32,000 nt of DNA, taken from Mycolicibacterium smegmatis. Lineage in GTDB: Bacteria; Actinomycetota; Actinomycetes; Mycobacteriales; Mycobacteriaceae. The DNA lies in the NCBI RefSeq assembly GCF_001457595.1, contig NZ_LN831039.1, forward strand, positions 4,980,001 to 5,012,000. The letters are read 5' to 3'. The notes under the pieces were generated by a model, which was given only the letters and a program-made list of their open reading frames with translations, searched no databases and was not told the origin of the DNA. The position numbers were made by a program, and so were the translations under genes. The first letter of the stretch is position 1. Each line of letters begins with the position of its first letter. This document shows, piece by piece, positions 9,243 through 17,094 of this stretch.

Positions 9243-10544
9243 ATGGCCACGTCGACGGGGGTGCGGGTATCCCCGCTTCGCGTCGCGGTCGCGAGCTTCA
9301 TCGGGACCACGGTCGAGTTCTACGACTTCCTGATCTACGGGACCGCGGCCGCGCTCGTCTTCCCCAAGCTGTTCTTCCCACAGGCCTCGCCCGCGGCGGG
9401 CATTCTCCTGTCGTTCGCGACATTCGGCGTCGGGTTCATCGCCCGACCGCTCGGCGGCATCGTGTTCGGGCATTTCGGCGACCGCATCGGCCGCAAGCGC
9501 ATGCTCGTGTACTCCCTTGTCGGCATGGGTGTCTCGACCGTGCTGATCGGCCTGCTGCCCACCTACGCCCAGATCGGGCTGGCGGCCCCGGTCCTGCTGA
9601 CCGTGCTGCGCCTGTGCCAGGGCTTCGCAGTCGGCGGCGAATGGGGCGGCGCGACGCTCATGGCCGTCGAGCACGCGAGCGCCGACCGGCGTGGTTTCTA
9701 CGGCGCCTTCCCCCAGATGGGCGCCCCGGCAGGCACGGCGTCGGCGACGCTGGCGTTCTTTTTGGCCTCGCAACTGCCCGACGCGCAGTTCCTCGCGTGG
9801 GGGTGGCGGCTGCCGTTCCTGTTCAGCGCCGTGCTGATCGTGATCGGTCTGGTGATCCGGCTCAAGCTGACCGAGAGCCCCGAGTTCTCCGCGGTGGTGC
9901 AGAACTCGGCGGTACGGCGGATGCCGATCGTCGAGGCGTTCCGCAGGCACTGGCGCCAGATCGTGCTGGTGGCGGGCGCCTACCTGTCCCAGGGGGTGTT
10001 CGCCTACATCTGCGTGGCCTACCTGGTGTCCTATGCCACCACCGCCGCCGGGATCGACCGCACCGCCGCACTTTTCGCTGTCTTCGTCGCCGCGCTGGTG
10101 GCCGTGGCGGCCTACCCGGCCTTCGGCGCGTGGTCGGATGCGGTGGGCCGCAAACGTCTGTTCCTGGTCGGCGTGGTCCTCATGGCGGCCTCGGTGTTCC
10201 CGGTCTTCGCGCTGATCGACACCGGCAGCGCGCTGCTGTTCGGCGTCGCGCTGGTCCTGGTGTTCGGCCTGGCGATGGCCCCGGCCGCCGGCGTGACAGG
10301 CGCGCTGTTCAGCCTCGCCTTCGACGCCGACGTCCGGTACAGCGGGGTGTCGATCGGTTACACGCTGTCACAGGTCGTCGGGTCGGCGTTCGCGCCGACG
10401 ATCGCCGCAGCGCTGTACGCCGCGACGCAATCCAGTGACTCGATCGCGTGGTATCTGGTTGCCGTGTCGGCGATCTCGGTGGTCGCCGGTACGCTGCTGC
10501 CGTCTGACCGCAGCGCACCAGAGGCCGCGGTGGTGAAGGGCTAG
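9243..10544 (+). CDS. MFS transporter, metabolite:H+ symporter (MHS) family
   Basis: FIGTTVEFYDFLIYGTAAALVFPKLFF, RPLGGIVFGHFGDRIGRKR and about 12 hydrophobic segments, as in KgtP/ProP/ShiA-type carriers. Confidence 0.9.
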   Translation: MATSTGVRVSPLRVAVASFIGTTVEFYDFLIYGTAAALVFPKLFFPQASPAAGILLSFATFGVGFIARPLGGIVFGHFGDRIGRKRMLVYSLVGMGVSTVLIGLLPTYAQIGLAAPVLLTVLRLCQGFAVGGEWGGATLMAVEHASADRRGFYGAFPQMGAPAGTASATLAFFLASQLPDAQFLAWGWRLPFLFSAVLIVIGLVIRLKLTESPEFSAVVQNSAVRRMPIVEAFRRHWRQIVLVAGAYLSQGVFAYICVAYLVSYATTAAGIDRTAALFAVFVAALVAVAAYPAFGAWSDAVGRKRLFLVGVVLMAASVFPVFALIDTGSALLFGVALVLVFGLAMAPAAGVTGALFSLAFDADVRYSGVSIGYTLSQVVGSAFAPTIAAALYAATQSSDSIAWYLVAVSAISVVAGTLLPSDRSAPEAAVVKG

Positions 10545-11617
10545 GCGGTCAGATCCGCGAGCGCCTCGGCGGTCTGCAGATCCTCGTACGCCGCCGAATA
10601 GCGTTGCGCGAGCGCCAGCGCGATGTCGGGACGCTGCCACAACTCCCCCGCGCTCGCGGTCGCGAGCCACGTCATGAGCCCATGTGCGACCGACGCGCGG
10701 TACCGCAACCAGATCTGTTCCAGCGAGGGCTTTTCCGCGTCGGGTAACTCGAGCGCGTCAGAATATTCCTGCAACAGCTCCCGCTCGGCGATGCGCCTGT
10801 CCTCCGTACGCAGGGCGCCCTGCAGGAAGTACCCGAGATCCACCGCGAAGTTCCCGCGGCGCGCGACCTGCCAGTCGAGGAATCCGACGTCACCGTCGGG
10901 CGTGAGGTAGGTGTTGCCGATGTGCGCGTCGCCGTGCAGCAGGGTCTGCGGTTCCGACGACGCGGTGAGGCAGCGGATGTAGGGCTTCCAGACGCCCTCG
11001 ACGAGGTGGTCGATGGTCAGCGCCTGTACCGACGGCGGCGCGTCGTCACCGAGTCGCTCGAGCGCGGCCGGCAGCGGCGCCCACTGCATCCCGTCCCACG
11101 GTTCGAACGGTTCGAGCCACGCCAGCGTGGGGTGTCGAAGCCGCTCACCCCAGAACTGCCCGTGCAGGCGCGCGAGCGCACGCACGCCGTTGGCGGCCTG
11201 GTCGACGGTCAGCGGCCGCGTCGCGTCGCGCGGGTCCGCACCGCGGGCGGTGAGGTCTTCCATGACGAGCACGAACTCCTCGTCGGCCTCGTCGATCGCC
11301 GCCGCGTACACCGTCGGATGTTCCAGCGGCAGCGCCACATCCGAGTTGAACAGCCGCGGCTCGTGCAGCAGGCCGCTGGTCATCTTGATCATCGCCTTGT
11401 GGTCGGGGTCCACGGCCTTGACGAACAGCGTGGCGGGCCCGGCAGGCCCGGGACGGTACGTCACGGCGAGTCGCGCCCGCCGGTTCGTGCCGTCGTCGCG
11501 CATGTCGACGCCGACACCCTCGACCACGGCGCCGGGATGGTGCGTTGCGAGCGCGGCCGTGAGCCACTGCGGGGTGATCTCGGTCCAGTCCCGGGGAACC
11601 GTGAGCGCCGCGGTCAT
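10541..11617 (-). CDS. phosphotransferase family protein (APH/choline-kinase-like small-molecule kinase)
   Basis: LLHGDAHIGNTY (Brenner-type HGDxxxxN) and GFLDWQ (metal-binding D). ATG 11617 overlaps the P450 stop as ATGA. The ORF-track start at 11698 lies inside the P450 gene. Confidence 0.82.
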   Translation of the reverse strand: MTAALTVPRDWTEITPQWLTAALATHHPGAVVEGVGVDMRDDGTNRRARLAVTYRPGPAGPATLFVKAVDPDHKAMIKMTSGLLHEPRLFNSDVALPLEHPTVYAAAIDEADEEFVLVMEDLTARGADPRDATRPLTVDQAANGVRALARLHGQFWGERLRHPTLAWLEPFEPWDGMQWAPLPAALERLGDDAPPSVQALTIDHLVEGVWKPYIRCLTASSEPQTLLHGDAHIGNTYLTPDGDVGFLDWQVARRGNFAVDLGYFLQGALRTEDRRIAERELLQEYSDALELPDAEKPSLEQIWLRYRASVAHGLMTWLATASAGELWQRPDIALALAQRYSAAYEDLQTAEALADLTA

Positions 11618-12816
11618 CGGACGATCACCGGCAGCGAGTCCCAGCCCCGCACCGTGGAGGTGGGCGAGAGCTCGGCGCTCGCGAGGTCGACGTCCCACTC
11701 GGGGAATCGCTTGAGGATCTCCTCGAGTGCGACGCGGCCCTCGAGGCGGGCCAGCGCCGAGCCCAGGCAGAAGTGGGTGCCGACGCTGAACGCCAGGTGC
11801 TGACGCGGCGCGCGATTGATGTCGAAAACCTCGCCGTCGGGCGGGAACTGGCGACTGTCACGCACCGCCGCGCCGATCAGCAGCATCATCACGCTGCCCT
11901 CGGGGACCGTCCGGCCGTGGTACTCGACGTCGCGCGTGACGTACCGGGCCACGTGCGGGGCGGGCGGCTCGAACCGCAGGATCTCTTCGATGGCCTGCGG
12001 GATCAGGGCGGGGTTCTCGACGAGTTGACGGCGCTGGTCGGGGTGTTCGGCGAGTGTCTTTGCGGCCCAGCCGATCAGCCGCGTGGTGGTCTCGTTGCCC
12101 GCACCGGCGACGACGTTGATGTAGATCAGCAGTTCCTCGCGCGTGAGGTTGCGGGTGACACCGTGCTCATCGGTGAACTCGACGTTGAGCAACTCGGTCA
12201 TGATGTCGTCGGACGGGTTGTCCTTGCGCCAGTCGATGTACGCCTCGAAGATCGACCCGTCGACCAGACCCTCCTCGGCGGCCTTCATGGGCTTGCCCGC
12301 CTCGGTGCGCATCTGCGCGTTGCCGTGGTCGCGGATCTTCTCCTGGTCCTCCTCGGGGATCCCCAGCAGCGCGCTGATCACCCGCATGGGCATGATCGCG
12401 CCGAAATCCTTGATGATGTCGAACCTCTCGGCGCCGGCGACAGCGTCGAGGCTCTGCGCGCAGAACTCCCGGATCTTGGGTTCGAGCGCGTTGATCTTGC
12501 GGGGCGTGAACATGCGTGAGAGCAGCTTGCGGTGCGCGGTGTGGATCGGTGGATCCTCGAAGATCAGTGCGCCCGAGGGTATCTCGATGTTGGCCTTGAT
12601 CAGCTCGACGATCGCGCCACGTGCCGAGCTGAAGGTCTCGTGGTCGATGAGTGCCTTGTTGACGTCGCTGAACCGGCTCAGCGCGTAGAAGTCGAACTGC
12701 TCGTTGTAGTACAGCGGCGCCTCTTCGCGCAGCCGGGCGAACGTCGGGTACGGGTCGGCGTTGATCGCGACGTCGTACGGATCGAAGTACACGTTCTGGG
12801 TAGCGCTCGCTGTCAC
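11614..12816 (-). CDS. cytochrome P450 monooxygenase
   Basis: Heme loop FSVGTHFCLGSALA, I-helix AGAGNETT and EEILRF (ExxR). GTG 12816 is preceded by GAGAGGTGG. Confidence 0.95.
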   Translation of the reverse strand: MTASATQNVYFDPYDVAINADPYPTFARLREEAPLYYNEQFDFYALSRFSDVNKALIDHETFSSARGAIVELIKANIEIPSGALIFEDPPIHTAHRKLLSRMFTPRKINALEPKIREFCAQSLDAVAGAERFDIIKDFGAIMPMRVISALLGIPEEDQEKIRDHGNAQMRTEAGKPMKAAEEGLVDGSIFEAYIDWRKDNPSDDIMTELLNVEFTDEHGVTRNLTREELLIYINVVAGAGNETTTRLIGWAAKTLAEHPDQRRQLVENPALIPQAIEEILRFEPPAPHVARYVTRDVEYHGRTVPEGSVMMLLIGAAVRDSRQFPPDGEVFDINRAPRQHLAFSVGTHFCLGSALARLEGRVALEEILKRFPEWDVDLASAELSPTSTVRGWDSLPVIVR

Positions 12817-12878
12817 GGAAACCCACCTCTCTGTGATCGAGAACGGAGTTTACACAGCGGTGGTTATGCGCGTAAGTG
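12817..12878 (-). promoter_or_regulatory. conserved leader/promoter-operator block upstream of the P450 operon (paralogue of 15244-15303)
   Basis: About three quarters identical to 15244-15303, with uninterrupted shared blocks GGAAACCC, CCTCTC, CGAGAA, GAGTTTAC and GGTTATGCGC. On the coding strand it contains TAAACT (a -10-like TAnnnT) about 30 nt before the start codon. Confidence 0.6.
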
Positions 12879-12921
12879 AACGGCGAGATCGATGCCGGGA
12901 CGCCCCCTGAAGCGACGCCGA

Positions 12922-13923
12922 TCAGGTTGAATCGCGCACGATCAGCGTCGCGACGTCGATGTCGCTCGGATCCGAGTCGGTCGGGTAGCCGAGCTCCGAC
13001 ATCATCGCCGCGACCGCGACGTCGACGATCGCCTTGGCGTCGAACGAGACCGAGGTGAGCGGCGGCGCGCTCACCGCGCCGAGTTCGATCGCGTTGACCC
13101 CCATCACCGCCATGTCCCGCGGGCAGCGCAGGCCCGCGTTGCGCAGACCGTGCAGCACCACGAAGGCCGTCTCGTCGCTCTGCGCGCAGATCGCCGTGAC
13201 GCCCGTGTCGGCCCACCGGGTCACGACGTCGGCCGCGTTGGATCCGTCGGACGCGACGCTCGCGACCGCGATCTCGGGCAACCCGCGCTTCTGCGCGGCC
13301 GCGTGCAGACCCGCGAGCCAGTAGTCGCCGAGCGGGCGCAGTTGCTCGTCGGTGGTGTAGGCGAACGCCAGCCGTGTGTGCCCACGCGAGGCCAGGTGCT
13401 CGACGCGCATCTCCCCGATGCTGCGGTCGAGCGCACCGATCGCGTGCAACTGTGAACTGCCCAGGTGGATCTGGGGTATGCCGGCCGCCGTCGCGGCTGC
13501 CAGGGCGTTGCCGGTCAGGGGGAACGTGCTGGTGATGGCCATCGGGTTGAGGTCGGCGATCGCGTCGACGACGTTGCGGTCGTCGTCGGTCTCGAACTGC
13601 AGCGACAACACGATGCCGTGCCGGGCGAGTGCGGTGGTGAGCCGGCTGCCGACCTCGATGGGGAGGTTGCCCAGCGACAGCCGCCCGACGATGTAGAGCA
13701 CCACGCCGCTGCCCCCGGACGCGAGATTGCGTGCCGCGAGGTTGGGCCGGTATCCGAGTTCGGCCGCGGCACGGCGCACGGCCTCCTGCGTCTGCTCCGA
13801 GATCCGCTGGCCCGGAACGTTGTTGAGGACATAACTGACCGTGGCGGTCGAGACGTTGGCGAGCCTGGCGACGTCGGCTTTGGTCGGGCGTACGGTAGGT
13901 CGGCTCGGTCTGCCTTGGCTCAC
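12922..13923 (-). CDS. LacI-family transcriptional regulator
   Basis: [24 protein letters not shown] followed by a periplasmic-binding-protein-like effector domain. GTG 13923 overlaps the upstream MFS stop as GTGA. The 587-aa ORF-track version is an artefactual upstream extension. Confidence 0.9.
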   Translation of the reverse strand: MSQGRPSRPTVRPTKADVARLANVSTATVSYVLNNVPGQRISEQTQEAVRRAAAELGYRPNLAARNLASGGSGVVLYIVGRLSLGNLPIEVGSRLTTALARHGIVLSLQFETDDDRNVVDAIADLNPMAITSTFPLTGNALAAATAAGIPQIHLGSSQLHAIGALDRSIGEMRVEHLASRGHTRLAFAYTTDEQLRPLGDYWLAGLHAAAQKRGLPEIAVASVASDGSNAADVVTRWADTGVTAICAQSDETAFVVLHGLRNAGLRCPRDMAVMGVNAIELGAVSAPPLTSVSFDAKAIVDVAVAAMMSELGYPTDSDPSDIDVATLIVRDST

Positions 13924-15242
13924 GATGTCATCGTGGCACGCTGCGCGTCGTCTGCGTGGTCGGTCGGCAGCGGACGTCCCGCGTTCTCGGTGAGGGTGAG
14001 CACCGCGGCGACCGAGACGACGGCCGCGACGATGAGATACAGCGCGGGCGCGTGGTGGTTGCCGGTGGCCGCGGTGAGCCAGGTGACGACGTACGGCGTC
14101 GTCCCGCCGAACACCGCGACCGAGATGTTGTAGCCGATCGAGAAGCCGCTGTAGCGCACGCGCGTGGTGAACAGCTCGACGCCGGCGCTGACCGCGGTTG
14201 CGACGTACGTCGATTCGATGGCCGCGAGCAGGCAGTGCCCGACGATCGCGGCGGCCACCGACCCGGATGTCATGAGCAGGAACAGCGGGTATGCCAGCAC
14301 CACGAACCCGATCGAGCCGGCCAGCAGCAGCGGTTTGCGCCCCACCCGGTCCGACAGCGCGGCCAGCGGCAGGATCAGTACAAGGGCCGTGAGGCTCGCG
14401 AGCGTGATCGACACGAACGACTCGGTCTTGCTGAACTCCAGCGTCTTGATGAAGTAGGTGGGGATGAACGTGAACACCACGTAGTAGCCCACGTTGAAGA
14501 CGATGAACATGCCGATGACCTGCAGGATCGGTTTCCGGGCGGTGCGGAGCGCCTCGCGCAGCGGGGATTTGGCGACGCGGTCGGCCGCGTCGAGCTTCTC
14601 GAACTCGGGGGTGTCGTCGAGACGCAGCCGGATGTAGAGGCCGACCAGCCCCAGCGGTGCGGCGATGAGGAACGGGATGCGCCATCCGTAGGTGTCCATG
14701 GCCTCCGGTGGCAGCAGCGCGGCCAGCACGGTCACGGTGATCGAGCCGAGCAGGAACCCGAGCACGCCGGACCAGGCGATGAACGTGACGGTCAGCCCAC
14801 GGCGGCGTTGTGTCGCGTATTCCGCGAGATACACCGCGCCGCCGCCGTATTCACCGCCGGCGGAGAATCCCTGCAGGCAGCGCAGCAGCAACAGCAGCAG
14901 CGGCGCCACGACGCCGATCGTGCTGTAGGTGGGCAGCAGGCCGATGCCGAGGGTCGCGGCCGACATCAGCAGGATCACGATCGCGAGGACCCGCTGGCGT
15001 CCCAGGCGGTCACCCAGCGGTCCGAAGACAAAGCCGCCGAGGGGACGCATGAAGAACGCAGCGGCGAAGATCGCGAAAGTGTTGAGCAGTGCGGCGGTTT
15101 CGTCGCCCGCCGGGAAGAAGTTCGCGGCGATGGAGGTCGCGAGGAAGCCGTAGATGGCGAAGTCGAACCATTCCACGGCGTTGCCGATCGATGCGCCCAT
15201 GACGGCTCTGCGCACTGCGGTCTCACGGTCTGTGACTGCCAT
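13920..15242 (-). CDS. MFS transporter, metabolite:H+ symporter (MHS) family
   Basis: [15 protein letters not shown] and [19 protein letters not shown], multiple TM segments. ATG 15242 is preceded by AGGAGAGG. Confidence 0.9.
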   Translation of the reverse strand: MAVTDRETAVRRAVMGASIGNAVEWFDFAIYGFLATSIAANFFPAGDETAALLNTFAIFAAAFFMRPLGGFVFGPLGDRLGRQRVLAIVILLMSAATLGIGLLPTYSTIGVVAPLLLLLLRCLQGFSAGGEYGGGAVYLAEYATQRRRGLTVTFIAWSGVLGFLLGSITVTVLAALLPPEAMDTYGWRIPFLIAAPLGLVGLYIRLRLDDTPEFEKLDAADRVAKSPLREALRTARKPILQVIGMFIVFNVGYYVVFTFIPTYFIKTLEFSKTESFVSITLASLTALVLILPLAALSDRVGRKPLLLAGSIGFVVLAYPLFLLMTSGSVAAAIVGHCLLAAIESTYVATAVSAGVELFTTRVRYSGFSIGYNISVAVFGGTTPYVVTWLTAATGNHHAPALYLIVAAVVSVAAVLTLTENAGRPLPTDHADDAQRATMTS

Positions 15243-15243
15243 T

Positions 15244-15303
15244 GGAAACCCGCCTCTCCTGATGCGAGAAGCGAGTTTACCGCTGACGGTTATGCGCTTG
15301 AGC
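15244..15303 (-). promoter_or_regulatory. conserved leader/promoter-operator block upstream of the MFS-LacI operon (paralogue of 12817-12878)
   Basis: See 12817-12878. It has the same order of identical blocks and the same position relative to the start codon. Confidence 0.6.
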
Positions 15304-15329
15304 GCGTTGGCGAGACCGGCCGGAAAACC

Positions 15330-15368
15330 ACAAGCGGCCGGATGCCATGAGGGCATCCGGCCGCTTGT
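15330..15368 (-). terminator. intrinsic terminator hairpin downstream of ahpD
   Basis: Perfect 17-bp stem acaagcggccggatgcc / ggcatccggccgcttgt with the 5-nt loop atgag, beginning 12 nt after the ahpD stop. On the minus strand it is followed by GGTTTTCC. Confidence 0.8.
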
Positions 15369-15380
15369 GCAGTGGTCGTA

Positions 15381-15914
15381 CTAGACCGCGGCGAGGGTGT
15401 CCGCGGTGAGCAGCGCCTGAGCGACACCGGAGACGATCGACGCGAGGCGGATCGCCTCGAAGATCGTCGTGCGCGCGACATCCGCGTCACGCAGCGTCTT
15501 CTCGTGCGCGGCAAGGCAGTGACCACAGCCGTTGATCGCCGAAACCGCCAGCGACCACAGCTCGAAGTCCTCCTTGGCGACACCGGGGTTGCCGATGATG
15601 TTCATCCGCAGGCCGGCGCGAAGGTCGTCGTACTTGCCGTCGAGCTGCCCCTTGGTGCGGTAGAAGACGTTGTTCATCCCCATGATCGCGGCCGCGCCGA
15701 GAGCGGCGTTGTAGGCCTCTTCACTGAGGATGTCGAGCGCGTCCTCCGAGATCTCACGCAGCAGCCGCGCGTTCTTGGTGGCGGCCGCGGTGGCGACCAG
15801 CGCGCCCCACAACTGCTGCTCGGTGAGCTCGGTCGTGTTGGCGATGCTGCCCAGGTTGAGCTTGAGATCCTTGGCGTACTCGGGCAGGGCCGACTTGATG
15901 TTGTCGATGCTCAT
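15381..15914 (-). CDS. ahpD: alkyl hydroperoxide reductase AhpD (carboxymuconolactone decarboxylase family)
   Basis: 177 aa with the CGHC active site ([11 protein letters not shown]), 3 nt downstream of ahpC. Confidence 0.95.
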   Translation of the reverse strand: MSIDNIKSALPEYAKDLKLNLGSIANTTELTEQQLWGALVATAAATKNARLLREISEDALDILSEEAYNAALGAAAIMGMNNVFYRTKGQLDGKYDDLRAGLRMNIIGNPGVAKEDFELWSLAVSAINGCGHCLAAHEKTLRDADVARTTIFEAIRLASIVSGVAQALLTADTLAAV

Positions 15915-15917
15915 GGA

Positions 15918-16505
15918 TCACACCGCCCCAGCCAGCAGCTCGCCTGCGTTGATCGTCGGATCGCCCTTCTTCCAGTTGCACGCGCACAGTTCGTCGGACT
16001 GCAGCGCGTCGAGCACGCGCAGCACCTCGTCGACGTTGCGGCCCACCGAGCCCGCGGTCACCGACACGAACTGGACCTCGTTGTTGGGGTCGACGATGAA
16101 GGTCGCGCGGTCGGCGACACCGTCGGCGTTGAGCACGCCGCACGCGGCGGTCAGCTCACGCTTGAGATCCGAGACCATCGGGAAGGGCAGGGTCTTGAGG
16201 TCCTCGTGCTGTGCACGCCACTGGAAGTGGACGAACTCGTTGTCCACCGACACACCGAGCACCTTGGCGTCGCGGTCCTCGAAGTCCTCGTTCAGCTTGC
16301 CGAAGGCCGCGATCTCCGTCGGGCACACGAACGTGAAGTCCTTGGGCCAGAAGAAGATGATGCGCCACTTGCCCTCGTAATCCTTGCTGGTGACGCGGGT
16401 GAAGTAGTCATCGGGCTGCTTGGCGTCAACCTTGGACAGATCGCCGCCAACCACAGCGGTCAGGTCGTACTCCGGAAACTGGTCACCGATCGTCAAAAGA
16501 GCCAT
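15918..16505 (-). CDS. ahpC: peroxiredoxin AhpC
   Basis: 195 aa with FFWPKDFTFVCPTEI (peroxidatic Cys) and C-terminal resolving Cys residues (ELCACNW). Confidence 0.97.
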   Translation of the reverse strand: MALLTIGDQFPEYDLTAVVGGDLSKVDAKQPDDYFTRVTSKDYEGKWRIIFFWPKDFTFVCPTEIAAFGKLNEDFEDRDAKVLGVSVDNEFVHFQWRAQHEDLKTLPFPMVSDLKRELTAACGVLNADGVADRATFIVDPNNEVQFVSVTAGSVGRNVDEVLRVLDALQSDELCACNWKKGDPTINAGELLAGAV

Positions 16506-16535
16506 TCACAGCATCCCATCTACGTGTTCTTGTTT

Positions 16536-16552
16536 TCTGGAATGATTCCAGA
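16536..16552. promoter_or_regulatory. perfect 8-1-8 palindrome TCTGGAAT-G-ATTCCAGA upstream of ahpC
   Basis: Lies 31-47 nt upstream of the ahpC ATG in an AT-rich patch. The GATTCCAG half-site recurs at 16884-16891. Confidence 0.5.
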
Positions 16553-17094
16553 TTTACACCACGATTCTGGTCGCGCCCTCTTACAAATGCAACTTTGCTG
16601 AGCCGTGATTCTCCACACCGCCGCTCACGTCGTGCGACGGGCATCACATCCCGAAACGCACGGATCTCCCGCGCGCGGGACGCGGCGACCGAACGCGCCG
16701 CGGATGCGGTCTGCCGACCCCGACGCCCCGAGGAGACGAACGCGCCGACAGGTCCGGCAGAACCGTACGTGACGGCCGTCGGGACATTCAAATCGCATCC
16801 GCGCACCGCTGCGCACCCGGGTGTCCGGCCAACCCCACCCGAGCCGTCAGACCCGGGAATCCAATTGCAGGACACAAGAGTTCGATTCCAGTCACGACAC
16901 CGCCCCAGAAGCGGGGAACCGCGCGGTTGCGCGGGCCGACCGGTCCGCGACACCTCGGCCTGACCACAGCCCCACACACGGCGAGACCGCCGGCGGACTC
17001 ACGGCGTGGCACCTGCGGGCGCCACCACCTGGACCCGGCACCGCCCGGTGCGGCGATGTCTTGAGCGCACCCCGTCGGAGCAGGTAATACTTGC

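Noticed and set aside
12922-14685. 587-aa ORF that would fuse a 254-aa N-terminal extension to the LacI-family regulator.
   Set aside because: The extension overlaps the MFS transporter gene in another frame and is Arg/Pro-rich nonsense. A GTG at 13923 lies directly before the HTH and overlaps the MFS stop (GTGA), giving a normal 333-aa LacI-family protein.
16877-16895. tRNA T-loop-like sequence GTTCGATTCC in the ahpC-upstream gap, considered as a tRNA, tmRNA or att-site remnant.
   Set aside because: The flanking bases cannot form a T-stem (AAGAG versus CCAGT). No acceptor or anticodon arms can be drawn around it.
16595-16963. 122-aa plus-strand ORF, divergent from ahpC, considered as an oxyR or other regulator gene.
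   Set aside because: It has no helix-turn-helix, is extremely Arg/Pro-rich (MLSRDSPHRRSRRATGITSRNARISRARD...) and has no RBS. It does not resemble LysR-family N-termini. The interval is kept as an open question in the findings instead.
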